Assembly (NCBI GenBank): GCA_019307745.1 | Contig: JAFDJA010000006.1 | Coordinates: 701 to 64,700, forward strand | DNA length: 64,000 nucleotides | DNA from: Deltaproteobacteria bacterium | GTDB taxonomy: Bacteria > Desulfobacterota > DSM-4660 > Desulfatiglandales > HGW-15 | Direction of reading: 5' to 3' | Shown: piece after piece, positions 10,613 through 18,203 of the stretch | Layout: each line of letters opens with the position of its first letter | How positions within the stretch are numbered: the first letter of the stretch is position 1 | Position numbers and translations under genes: made by a program | Notes under the pieces: model-generated | The model's input: only the letters and a program-made list of their open reading frames with translations | The model's database searches: none | What the model was told of the DNA's origin: nothing

Positions 10613-11365
10613 TCAAAAAATTTTTTTTCTTCGCCACTTTTTAGGACGATCGCTCGGAAAGTTTAACCCGCTAGCGTCTACACCCAAATCGACCATGGAT
10701 TTAGCCAACACTATCGCACAACTATATCCTTCCAGTACTGGCACCTCCCATCCCAACTCGTTAAGGCGTTTCTGTAAAATAGGTTGCAGCCAAAAGGTGG
10801 CTGAGCATCCAAAAGTTATAACCTCTGCCCCATCTTCCTCAATGGCAGATACAGCCTCGTTAACTGTGCGGTCAATCACTTCAGACGTCTCCCCTCTCAG
10901 CACTTTATCTCGTTCATGTATGATAAAAGGGGTATCCGTGTTTCCCGGCCTGGGGAGTGGATAATTTATATTCCTTATTGATGCACACCTCTCGGTAAAG
11001 CGATGTTGGATGACTAAGTTATAGTAAAACATGTTGTGTGACTCTGCCAAATCGATAACACTGAACTTATTACCCAGCATGGAGGCTATATGCATTTGGG
11101 AGAAGGCGCAGGATGTTACGGGTATGTTATATTTTCTGGCTATCTCCCTTGATTCAAAAAACCCGGGCTCTCCTCCCCCAAGCAGTATAATAGCATTGTA
11201 CTTGCCGCTCTCACATGCTTCGCGAACAATCGGCAGACGCGCAGCTGCAGCGAAACAAAACTCCTCTCGGTTCTCAACAGGCCAGTCCCCATATGTGGCT
11301 AAGACACCCTCATGCATATCCCATTCAATGTCTTCAAATAAATGTTTTATGTTGTTATAATTCAT
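10613..11365 (-). CDS. Asp/Glu/hydantoin racemase family protein
   Basis: Start chosen at MNYNNIKH (ATG 11363-11365, AAGGAA upstream). Pattern ILLGGGEPG ... ITFGCSATFW with two conserved Cys-containing half-sites, typical of the hydantoin racemase fold. Confidence 0.65.
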   Translation of the reverse strand: MNYNNIKHLFEDIEWDMHEGVLATYGDWPVENREEFCFAAAARLPIVREACESGKYNAIILLGGGEPGFFESREIARKYNIPVTSCAFSQMHIASMLGNKFSVIDLAESHNMFYYNLVIQHRFTERCASIRNINYPLPRPGNTDTPFIIHERDKVLRGETSEVIDRTVNEAVSAIEEDGAEVITFGCSATFWLQPILQKRLNELGWEVPVLEGYSCAIVLAKSMVDLGVDASGLNFPSDRPKKWRRKKIF

Positions 11366-11866
11366 TAACCGTTGTTCCTTTGGGCGACCTGCGAGCCTTG
11401 GCAGGAACCTGCTGGTCTCTGACATCCCGAATGCGGGTATAAACAAAAACCTATACGTTTTTTTTACCGGCATATTGTATCATCCTTCAAATATATCAGG
11501 ATTATAGGAATTCTCTTTTGCTCTAAATTAAATTTTAAAAAAAATGAAAATAGGTTTTTCCATTCAAGGAGATAGATGTTCTGAGCTGCTTCTTTAATCT
11601 TGAATCTTATGACGGCACTGTTAAGACCTCCCCCTGGAATGAGCCATACCAATCATGGTCCCGATCAATCCTTAACTTTTTAAGGCAGAAAAGAAGAATA
11701 AGCTGTAAAAAGGCATGGGGTAATACCCATTCTAAAAACAACAAATTATGCGTCAAAACCAAGTTCTTTAAACTCAATATAGCATATTATGATTATTCCC
11801 ACTAGTCCATGAGGTCGAGCCAAGATAACCATTTAAAATAATAAAGGAATTAAAAGGGAAATAGCC

Positions 11867-12043
11867 TTATTTACCCTCTAGAATCCATTTTTTAAGGCCA
11901 CAAGAGATACGCTGAAAGTAGTAGTTTAGTAGCCCGTGACTATGATGCATAAGGATTTTGGCGATCTTTTTCAGTGGCTTAATAGCGGATTTTTCAATAA
12001 ATTTGCACCATGCATCCAGGAACTTTACTGCTTCTTCTCTTTA
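11867..12043 (-). pseudogene. ISL3-family transposase C-terminal relic
   Basis: My own translation gives REEAVKFLDAWCKFIEKSAIKPLKKIAKILMHHSHGLLNYYFQRISCGLKKWILEGK*. It follows the ISL3 C-terminal pattern (W...S-I-K-P...AKT-L..H...ILNY....ISNG..EG.N). Only about 58 codons are open, bounded by stops, with no remaining transposase body. Confidence 0.45.
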
Positions 12044-12174
12044 CCATGGACACATCTCCTGTTTTAGTTTAACATTTAACTCAACCATGTGTCTATTAAA
12101 AGAGGGAAGGTTTATTTCTCGTGATTTCCAATAAAACCCCAATATCTAGATAAGTAAACACCGGAGGTATTAAT

Positions 12175-12645
12175 ATGTCCAATGAATTTTCTGAAATTAA
12201 CTTAAAGGCAATAGGCGTTGTAAAGAATGAGATGAAGGAAACAGGCGTACGCCCTAATATTCGGGATATTGTCAGTGAAATCGAACTTTACGATAGTTAC
12301 GCAGACGGTCTGGACAGGCTCGATGAATACTCGCACATTATAGTTCTCTACCACTATCACATGGGCAGTAATCAAGCACCAAAACCCATAAGACAACATG
12401 CTCATAATAAAGAGAGCTATCCTGTGGTAGGTATTTTCGCCTTGCGGGGTTCAAATAGACCAAATCGAATTGGACTGAGTATGGCCAAAATATTGAAAGT
12501 TGGCAGCAATAAGGTGAAAGTATCAGGGCTAGATGCCATTGATGGCACACCTGTAATAGATATAAAACCTTATATTCCAAGATCAGATTCGATACCTGAT
12601 GCTAAAGTATCGCCTTGGCAAATGGAATGGCAAAAACAAAGCTAG
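12175..12645 (+). CDS. tsaA: tRNA (N6-threonylcarbamoyladenosine(37)-N6)-methyltransferase TrmO / TsaA family
   Basis: 156 aa. Motifs IGVVKNE, HIIVLYHYH, RPNRIGLSMAKILKV and LDAIDGTPVIDIKPYIP are hallmark YaeB/TsaA blocks. GGAGG lies upstream. Confidence 0.8.
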   Translation: MSNEFSEINLKAIGVVKNEMKETGVRPNIRDIVSEIELYDSYADGLDRLDEYSHIIVLYHYHMGSNQAPKPIRQHAHNKESYPVVGIFALRGSNRPNRIGLSMAKILKVGSNKVKVSGLDAIDGTPVIDIKPYIPRSDSIPDAKVSPWQMEWQKQS

Positions 12646-12982
12646 CGAAACTTATACCAGGACAACCTATATTTGTATTGTCAAAAAGATCCTCAAACAC
12701 CCGGGATTGTGGGATCGAAAAGCCAGATCCCCTAAAAATTAAAAGATTTTTTGAAATATATTGAACCATATTTTGATTACTCAGAATCGTTGTTCCTTTT
12801 ATCTCAAAATTATCTTTATTCCTACCCAGTATATCTTGAGACCTGATTGACTGGTTCCATACACTTTCTCTCTTAAAAGGCAATGTCTTATCATTGTAAA
12901 CGCCAGAGAAGTAAAAAAATTGTTCTGGTAGGAGCCAGGACTTCAGGGACCTTGAAAAAAAGACATCCCCGCCCCATTTAAC

Positions 12983-14077
12983 CTACGCTGCCATTTGAAA
13001 GGCCCTGTCCGTAGCGTTGCGTATTTCATCCGGAGTAAATGGTTTGGGGATAAAATCAACAGCACCCAAGCGAGTTGTTTCAACTGCAGTCTCTATACTT
13101 GCATAACCGGTAATTATAATCACCTTTGTCTCAGGCTGTTTTTCACGTATGGCCTTTAATAATTCAAGTCCTTTTACTTTTGGAATCCTGAGATCCAGCA
13201 ATATAATTTTATAACTCTTTTCAGAAATCTTATAAAGGGCCTCATCCTTTGTCATAGCCTGATCAACCTGGTGTCCTCTTTTTGCAAGAATCTTCCTGAT
13301 ATTATTACTGACAGCAACCTCATCCTCTATAACCAGTATCTTTTCCCCCGCAGAGCCAGAAACGTCATGGGCTGTCATATCCTTATATTTAAGCTGTGCA
13401 ATATTTTTCTTCAGTTCCTCATAGGACAAAAAGGACATGCCATCCCGGTTTAGATTCATTACATATTCCGGCCCTGTCACGGCAACAACTTCTTCGTAAT
13501 TAAAGGGCATGTCAATGCCAATAAGCTGCCCATGATTAAAGCTGGCTTTTTTTCTTTTTGCCCCAGTTTCTTCCGCCTTCCGCTTGGGACAAACTTTATT
13601 CTTTCTTCCGGCCTTACATATTGTTCCCAGTTTATTAAAAATATCACAGACACTTTCACCTGTTGTACAGTAATTTTCAGGTATATCTTTAACATGGGAC
13701 TCTATTAATTCCTCGCCTATGGCATCTACAACCTTGCCTCTTAATTCATCAGGAGTAAACGGCTTAGGTACATAATCCAGTGCACCCAACTGAATGGCCT
13801 TAACAGCAGTATCCACAGAAGCATAGGCTGTCATCATCAGCACCTTTGTTAACGGCCATTGTTTTTTGACCAAACCCAAAAGTTCAAGACCGTCCATTTC
13901 AGGCATCACAAGATCAGAGATCAGAAGAGAAAATGATTCTACGGCCATCCTGTTCATGGCCTCTCTTGCACTCAAGGCATGGGTGACTTCATAATTATTT
14001 TTAGAAAGGATTTTTTCAACATTCTCACAAATCCCCTTTTCATCATCCACAACGAGTACTTTGTGCATTGTTTCCAT
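12983..14077 (-). CDS. Response regulator with two receiver domains joined by a Cys-rich, Lys-rich linker
   Basis: REC1 (VLVVDDE...DLVMPEMDG...KPF) and REC2 (ILVIEDE...DLRIPKVKG...KPF). They are separated by ~120 aa containing C137, C144, C154 and C163. No output domain. Confidence 0.85.
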   Translation of the reverse strand: METMHKVLVVDDEKGICENVEKILSKNNYEVTHALSAREAMNRMAVESFSLLISDLVMPEMDGLELLGLVKKQWPLTKVLMMTAYASVDTAVKAIQLGALDYVPKPFTPDELRGKVVDAIGEELIESHVKDIPENYCTTGESVCDIFNKLGTICKAGRKNKVCPKRKAEETGAKRKKASFNHGQLIGIDMPFNYEEVVAVTGPEYVMNLNRDGMSFLSYEELKKNIAQLKYKDMTAHDVSGSAGEKILVIEDEVAVSNNIRKILAKRGHQVDQAMTKDEALYKISEKSYKIILLDLRIPKVKGLELLKAIREKQPETKVIIITGYASIETAVETTRLGAVDFIPKPFTPDEIRNATDRAFQMAA

Positions 14078-14159
14078 GTTACTCTCCTTTCTTCACAAGA
14101 CATTACAATAAATTTTTCAAACTGTATTAAAGATTCCATTCTCTTTAATTGTATTACAT

Positions 14160-14175
14160 AGCAGGATGCATGCCA
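14160..14175 (-). promoter_or_regulatory. Sigma-54 (-24/-12) promoter candidate for the dual-REC gene
   Basis: The minus strand reads TGGCATgcatcCTGCT with exact GG-N10-GC spacing. It lies ~85 nt upstream of the ATG at 14077 and directly downstream of an NtrC-type EBP gene. Confidence 0.55.
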
Positions 14176-14250
14176 TTCTCCTATTAATTAGTCAAACTAT
14201 TGAAATGATTGAATAATTCGCCTGAAGGGTTATTTTGAAATTTCAAGAAG

Positions 14251-14269
14251 TGTATAAAAAAAATATGCA
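14251..14269. promoter_or_regulatory. Candidate EBP upstream activator site 1 (TGTATA-A7-TATGCA)
   Basis: Imperfect palindrome sharing the string TATAAAAAAAATATGCA with site 2. It lies ~85 nt upstream of the sigma-54 promoter candidate. Confidence 0.35.
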
Positions 14270-14428
14270 GCATTACCCATTAAAAAATTAAAGGCTTTTA
14301 GAATTGCAGGGCAAACAGTTAAAATCAGAAGGGCGATAAATGCTTGATATTACAAGAATTGTGAGTGAAAAGTGAAAAAACTTATTTGAATTTCCTTGCA
14401 GGGAAGATATTTTAATCAATTTTGTCAG

Positions 14429-14447
14429 GCATATAAAAAAAATATGC
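14429..14447. promoter_or_regulatory. Candidate EBP upstream activator site 2 (GCATA-N9-TATGC)
   Basis: Inverted repeat GCATAtaaaaaaaaTATGC with the same core as site 1. It lies ~265 nt upstream of the sigma-54 promoter candidate, just after the EBP gene stop. Confidence 0.35.
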
Positions 14448-14460
14448 ATGGTATTATTTT

Positions 14461-15870
14461 TTATTTATCCTGTGGAAGGATAATATGGTGTTTTTTCATT
14501 AATTTCTGAAAATTAGACCTCTGTAACCCAACCTTTTTTGAAGCACATGTAACATTCCATTGATTCTCTACAAGCGCCTTCAGAACAAATCTTTTTTCCA
14601 CATCAACAACCGATTTCTGCCTGATCTCGCTTTTTATCTGTTTCAGTTCTTCATTGGTGGAAGGGACATAATCTACTAACTGCCCCATATCATCACCCAA
14701 GGGAGACAACTCTTTTATTCCAACCTGATTTTTCTCACATAATATTACAGCCCTTTCGATCACATTTCTCAATTGTCTCACATTGCCTGGCCAATCATGT
14801 GATTGTAATCTTTGCAGGGCTTTGTCATCAAATTCGATTACCTTCTTTCCCATACTCCGGCTAATCAGATCCAAAAAATGATAGGCAATAGGCAGAATAT
14901 CTTCCTTTCTTTCCCTTAAAGGGGGAATCATTATTGGATATACAAAGATACGGTAATAAAAATCCTCCCGGAATGTCCCCCGTTTAACCATATCCATTAG
15001 ATCACGATTTGTAGCCAGAACTATACGGATATCCACTTTTTGAACAGAAGTACTTCCAATGGGTAGAAACTCTTGATTTTCCAAAAAACGAAGAAGCTTA
15101 CCCTGGACTTCAGGATTCACATTGCTTATTTCATCAAGAAAAACGGTTCCCTTGTGTGCCCGCCTAAAAATACCCTCTTTATCGGTGGTGGCACCGGTAA
15201 AGGCACCTTTCGTGTAACCAAACAGTTCGCTTTCCAGAAGATTAGTTGACAGGGTTCCGCAATCAACAGCGAAAAAAACCCTGTCCTTCCTCTTGCTGTT
15301 GGCATGTATTGCCCGCGCGATCAATTCCTTGCCTGTCCCGCTCTCACCACAGATGAGAACTGTGGAATCGGTGGGACCCACTTTTCCCACCATTTTTATT
15401 ACATCATTTATTTTCCTGCTTTCCCCGACAAGCTGGTGTGTAACCCTGTTAGCGATCCCTTGCTGATTATGGAGCCTCCTACTCTGAATCCGTATATCCC
15501 TTTGAGTTATTGCGTTAAGGACAGTAGACCTCAGCTCATCCGGGGTAAAGGGTTTAGAAAGGTAATCAAAGCCTCCCATCTTCATCACCTCCACTGCCGA
15601 AGACACGGTAGCATAACCAGTAATCACAATAACCATTGTATCTGGGTAATTGTCCTTTATTCTGCGGAGAACTTCCATGCCTCCCAGGGAACTCATTTTA
15701 AGATCTGTAACAACTACGCTGAACTGTTCATCCGCAAGCATCTCCAAGGCGGCATAACCATTTAACGCATACTTCACTTGATAACCACTCCTTGACAGGA
15801 TCTTTACACAATTTTGACAGATATTAACCTCATCATCAATTACCAGGATATGGTGTGTTTCATTATTCAT
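14461..15870 (-). CDS. Sigma-54-dependent response regulator (NtrC/Fis family EBP)
   Basis: REC domain, then AAA+ domain (GESGTGKE Walker A, GAFTGA sigma-54 contact loop, VFLDEI), then a C-terminal Fis-type HTH. Start chosen at MNNETHHILVIDD. It overlaps the kinase stop by 8 nt (ATGAATAA). Confidence 0.9.
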   Translation of the reverse strand: MNNETHHILVIDDEVNICQNCVKILSRSGYQVKYALNGYAALEMLADEQFSVVVTDLKMSSLGGMEVLRRIKDNYPDTMVIVITGYATVSSAVEVMKMGGFDYLSKPFTPDELRSTVLNAITQRDIRIQSRRLHNQQGIANRVTHQLVGESRKINDVIKMVGKVGPTDSTVLICGESGTGKELIARAIHANSKRKDRVFFAVDCGTLSTNLLESELFGYTKGAFTGATTDKEGIFRRAHKGTVFLDEISNVNPEVQGKLLRFLENQEFLPIGSTSVQKVDIRIVLATNRDLMDMVKRGTFREDFYYRIFVYPIMIPPLRERKEDILPIAYHFLDLISRSMGKKVIEFDDKALQRLQSHDWPGNVRQLRNVIERAVILCEKNQVGIKELSPLGDDMGQLVDYVPSTNEELKQIKSEIRQKSVVDVEKRFVLKALVENQWNVTCASKKVGLQRSNFQKLMKKHHIILPQDK

Positions 15871-17332
15871 TGCTTTTCCCACTGCCAACTGGCAGTCTAA
15901 CTGTAAAAGTAGTGCCCTTTTCGGTTGAACTCTCAACGTGGATTGTTCCCTTGTGCTGTTTGATGAGGCCTAATGTGATGGACATCCCCAAACCGGTTCC
16001 AACCTCTTTTGTAGTAAAAAAGGGATCAAAGATCTTGTCCAGATGCTCCCTTGGAATGCCTTTTCCGTTGTCGGATACAACAACCTCCACATAACTGTCC
16101 GCGCTGCTGAATCTGGTTTCAAAAATAACTTCACCCCCGGGTTCGATCGCATCAATGGCATTCAGGCCCAGATTGACAAGTGACTGCTGAATCTGGGCCT
16201 TATCCACTCTAGCAATGGGGATACCAGCTTCAAACTTGCTCTCTAAAGTAACATCTTTGAATGCAGCCTGTTTCCTTAAGAGTACAATACTATCCTGGAC
16301 GATATCATTGATATCGTGCTCATCGATTACCGGCCTGCTCTGACGGGCAAAATTAAGCAGACTTGAAATTATTTTACGGCATCTGATGGCTTCATCGGCA
16401 ATTGTTTTCAACTCCAGATAATCAGGGTCATCCTGGCCGAGATCTTCCTGCATTAACATTGCTGTGGTCAAAATTGTAGTCAGGGGATTATTGATTTCAT
16501 GGGCCACCCCGGCGGCAAGGCGGCCGACCGAAATCATTTTTTGCTGGCGCAACATCTCCTTATGGAGATGAATATCCTTTGTAACATCCCTTAGTATCTC
16601 TATTACCGATTTAATTTCTCCATCTTTAAAGATCGGATAGGTGGAAATTGCATGGTAGATCTCCTGGTTATCCTTACCCCTATGGACATGAGTCGATTTG
16701 GAAGGCTTTCCTGAAAGCAGGGTATCCTTTAACGGACATAATTCCTCCTCTCCATCACAGGGAGTCCTCCGTTGATGGGAAATCTCGTAACAGTGGCGGC
16801 CGATAATCTCCTCCCTATCATATGGCAATTTCTTCAGAAAAGTATCGTTGACTTCCAGGATTCGATAATCCGGTGCGATTACCATAACATCTTCCTGGAT
16901 CAGATTGTTGACTGCAGTATCATACATTGCCCTATTCTCAGCAGATTCCCTTGCCCTCCGCCGCATTTCAATCCTTTCATGAACCCTTCTAAAGGCTGTC
17001 TCAAGGACTTCATAACTAATAGGCTTTAAAAGAAAATCAGTTGCTCCGTCTTTCAGGCTTCTAATGGCAAAATCAACATTTCCATGGGCTGTAATAATAA
17101 TCACTTCCGTATCAGGGCTTTGAGACTTAATCCTGCGGAGCAATTCTATTCCGTTCATAACGGGCATCCTGATATCGGTAATAACAACCGGAGGGTTGAC
17201 CTCCTTAAATACTGCCAAAGCCTCTTCACCATTTTGTGCAGTGTAAACATGATAGCCCAGTCTATCCAGTGAATTACTAATATCCTTACGGATATTCTCA
17301 TTATTATCCACAAGCAAGATCTTCTCTTTCAT
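15863..17332 (-). CDS. Hybrid-type sensor histidine kinase (N-terminal REC - PAS - HisKA - HATPase_c)
   Basis: REC (ILLVDNN...DIRMPVMNG), PAS segment, H-box AAGVAHEINNPL, N box and G boxes (DNGKGI, GTGLGMS). Confidence 0.9.
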   Translation of the reverse strand: MKEKILLVDNNENIRKDISNSLDRLGYHVYTAQNGEEALAVFKEVNPPVVITDIRMPVMNGIELLRRIKSQSPDTEVIIITAHGNVDFAIRSLKDGATDFLLKPISYEVLETAFRRVHERIEMRRRARESAENRAMYDTAVNNLIQEDVMVIAPDYRILEVNDTFLKKLPYDREEIIGRHCYEISHQRRTPCDGEEELCPLKDTLLSGKPSKSTHVHRGKDNQEIYHAISTYPIFKDGEIKSVIEILRDVTKDIHLHKEMLRQQKMISVGRLAAGVAHEINNPLTTILTTAMLMQEDLGQDDPDYLELKTIADEAIRCRKIISSLLNFARQSRPVIDEHDINDIVQDSIVLLRKQAAFKDVTLESKFEAGIPIARVDKAQIQQSLVNLGLNAIDAIEPGGEVIFETRFSSADSYVEVVVSDNGKGIPREHLDKIFDPFFTTKEVGTGLGMSITLGLIKQHKGTIHVESSTEKGTTFTVRLPVGSGKSNE

Positions 17333-17784
17333 AGGAATCCGCCTATCCTTTCATACATTGTATATGGGTTATACCAATGAATATTCTATATTTTTATGAC
17401 AACTCAAGGATCTCATGGAAGGTGAAAAAAGTTGTCGTTGCCGGATCATGCCAGTATGACATGAAGAGGAGGCAGTAAAAGGGATTTCGATCTATGATTT
17501 CTAAGTCCCTGCTCCTTGCAAATATTACCAGATTAAAGGATGAGGTGCAAATGATAATACCGGAATATTACATAAACAATATTGAAGGGCATCATAAAAA
17601 GGTATTTATTAAAGCAATCACACAGCAATTTATTCGGATATAGCTGGCACCTTATCGGTTATTGCAAAATAAGATCAAACTTTTCAAAATGGTTACCCTT
17701 CGGGAGTATGTATTTCACCGCGTCTACCGCGTTATCAAGCCTTCGTGGTTGACAAGTACAGCTTCACGTTTGATGCCTTGTATT

Positions 17785-17952
17785 TTCTTTGCACGAGCTT
17801 CGCTGTGCGCAGGCCCACTACTTCGTAGCAGGTTCCCGGATTCTTTGCACAAGCTTCGCTGTGCGCATGCCCATTACTTCGTAGCGGGTTCCCGGATTCT
17901 TTGCACGAGCTTCGCTGTGCGCAGGCCCACTACTTCGGAGCGGGTTCCCGGG
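17785..17952. repeat. Tandem direct repeat, 3 x 56 bp
   Basis: The unit TTCTTTGCACGAGCTTCGCTGTGCGCAGGCCCACTACTTCGTAGCAGGTTCCCGGA starts at 17785, 17841 and 17897, with a few substitutions per copy. It is visibly more GC-rich than its flanks. Confidence 0.9.
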
Positions 17953-18140
17953 ATCAGTAAACTCATGCTCGCAAAATTCACATAATACATTGCTTTTTAT
18001 GAAAAAAAGTATTCGGCACTGATTGCAGCGTGCTGATGTTAAATCGAATACAATATATTGAGGGTGGCATTAGAAAAGCAAATCAGATAGCGAATGGTTC
18101 GAGGTCTTATGATGAAATACGCAGAAACACTTTTTGATAG

Positions 18141-18166
18141 CGGCAGGGCCGTTCCCGACCCTGCCG
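18141..18166. terminator. GC-rich hairpin downstream of qNOR (possible terminator, no U-tract)
   Basis: CGGCAGGG-N10-CCCTGCCG lies 38 nt beyond the qNOR stop. It lacks a clear T-run on either strand. Confidence 0.3.
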
Positions 18167-18203
18167 TATTGGTGGAGCTAATTTTAGATTTAGAAAGGAG
18201 TTT

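Noticed and set aside
12602-12883. 93-aa minus-strand ORF overlapping the tsaA 3' end
   Set aside because: It overlaps a well-supported gene on the opposite strand, is low-complexity, and has no start context.
17438-17454. Minus-strand TGGCATgatccGGCAA upstream of the REC-PAS-HK gene
   Set aside because: The GC of the -12 element is one nucleotide too close to the GG of the -24 element, and the -12 element is GGCA rather than TTGC. Sigma-54 spacing is strict, so I did not call it.
17645-17665. TGGCAC...TTGCA sigma-54-like string
   Set aside because: There are 11 nt between TGGCAC and TTGC instead of 5. It is on the plus strand and points at no gene. It is not a valid -24/-12 promoter.
17662-17985. 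107-aa ORF across the 56-bp tandem repeat
   Set aside because: The peptide is simply the repeat unit translated three times. It has no ribosome-binding site and a biased composition, so I treat it as non-coding repeat DNA.
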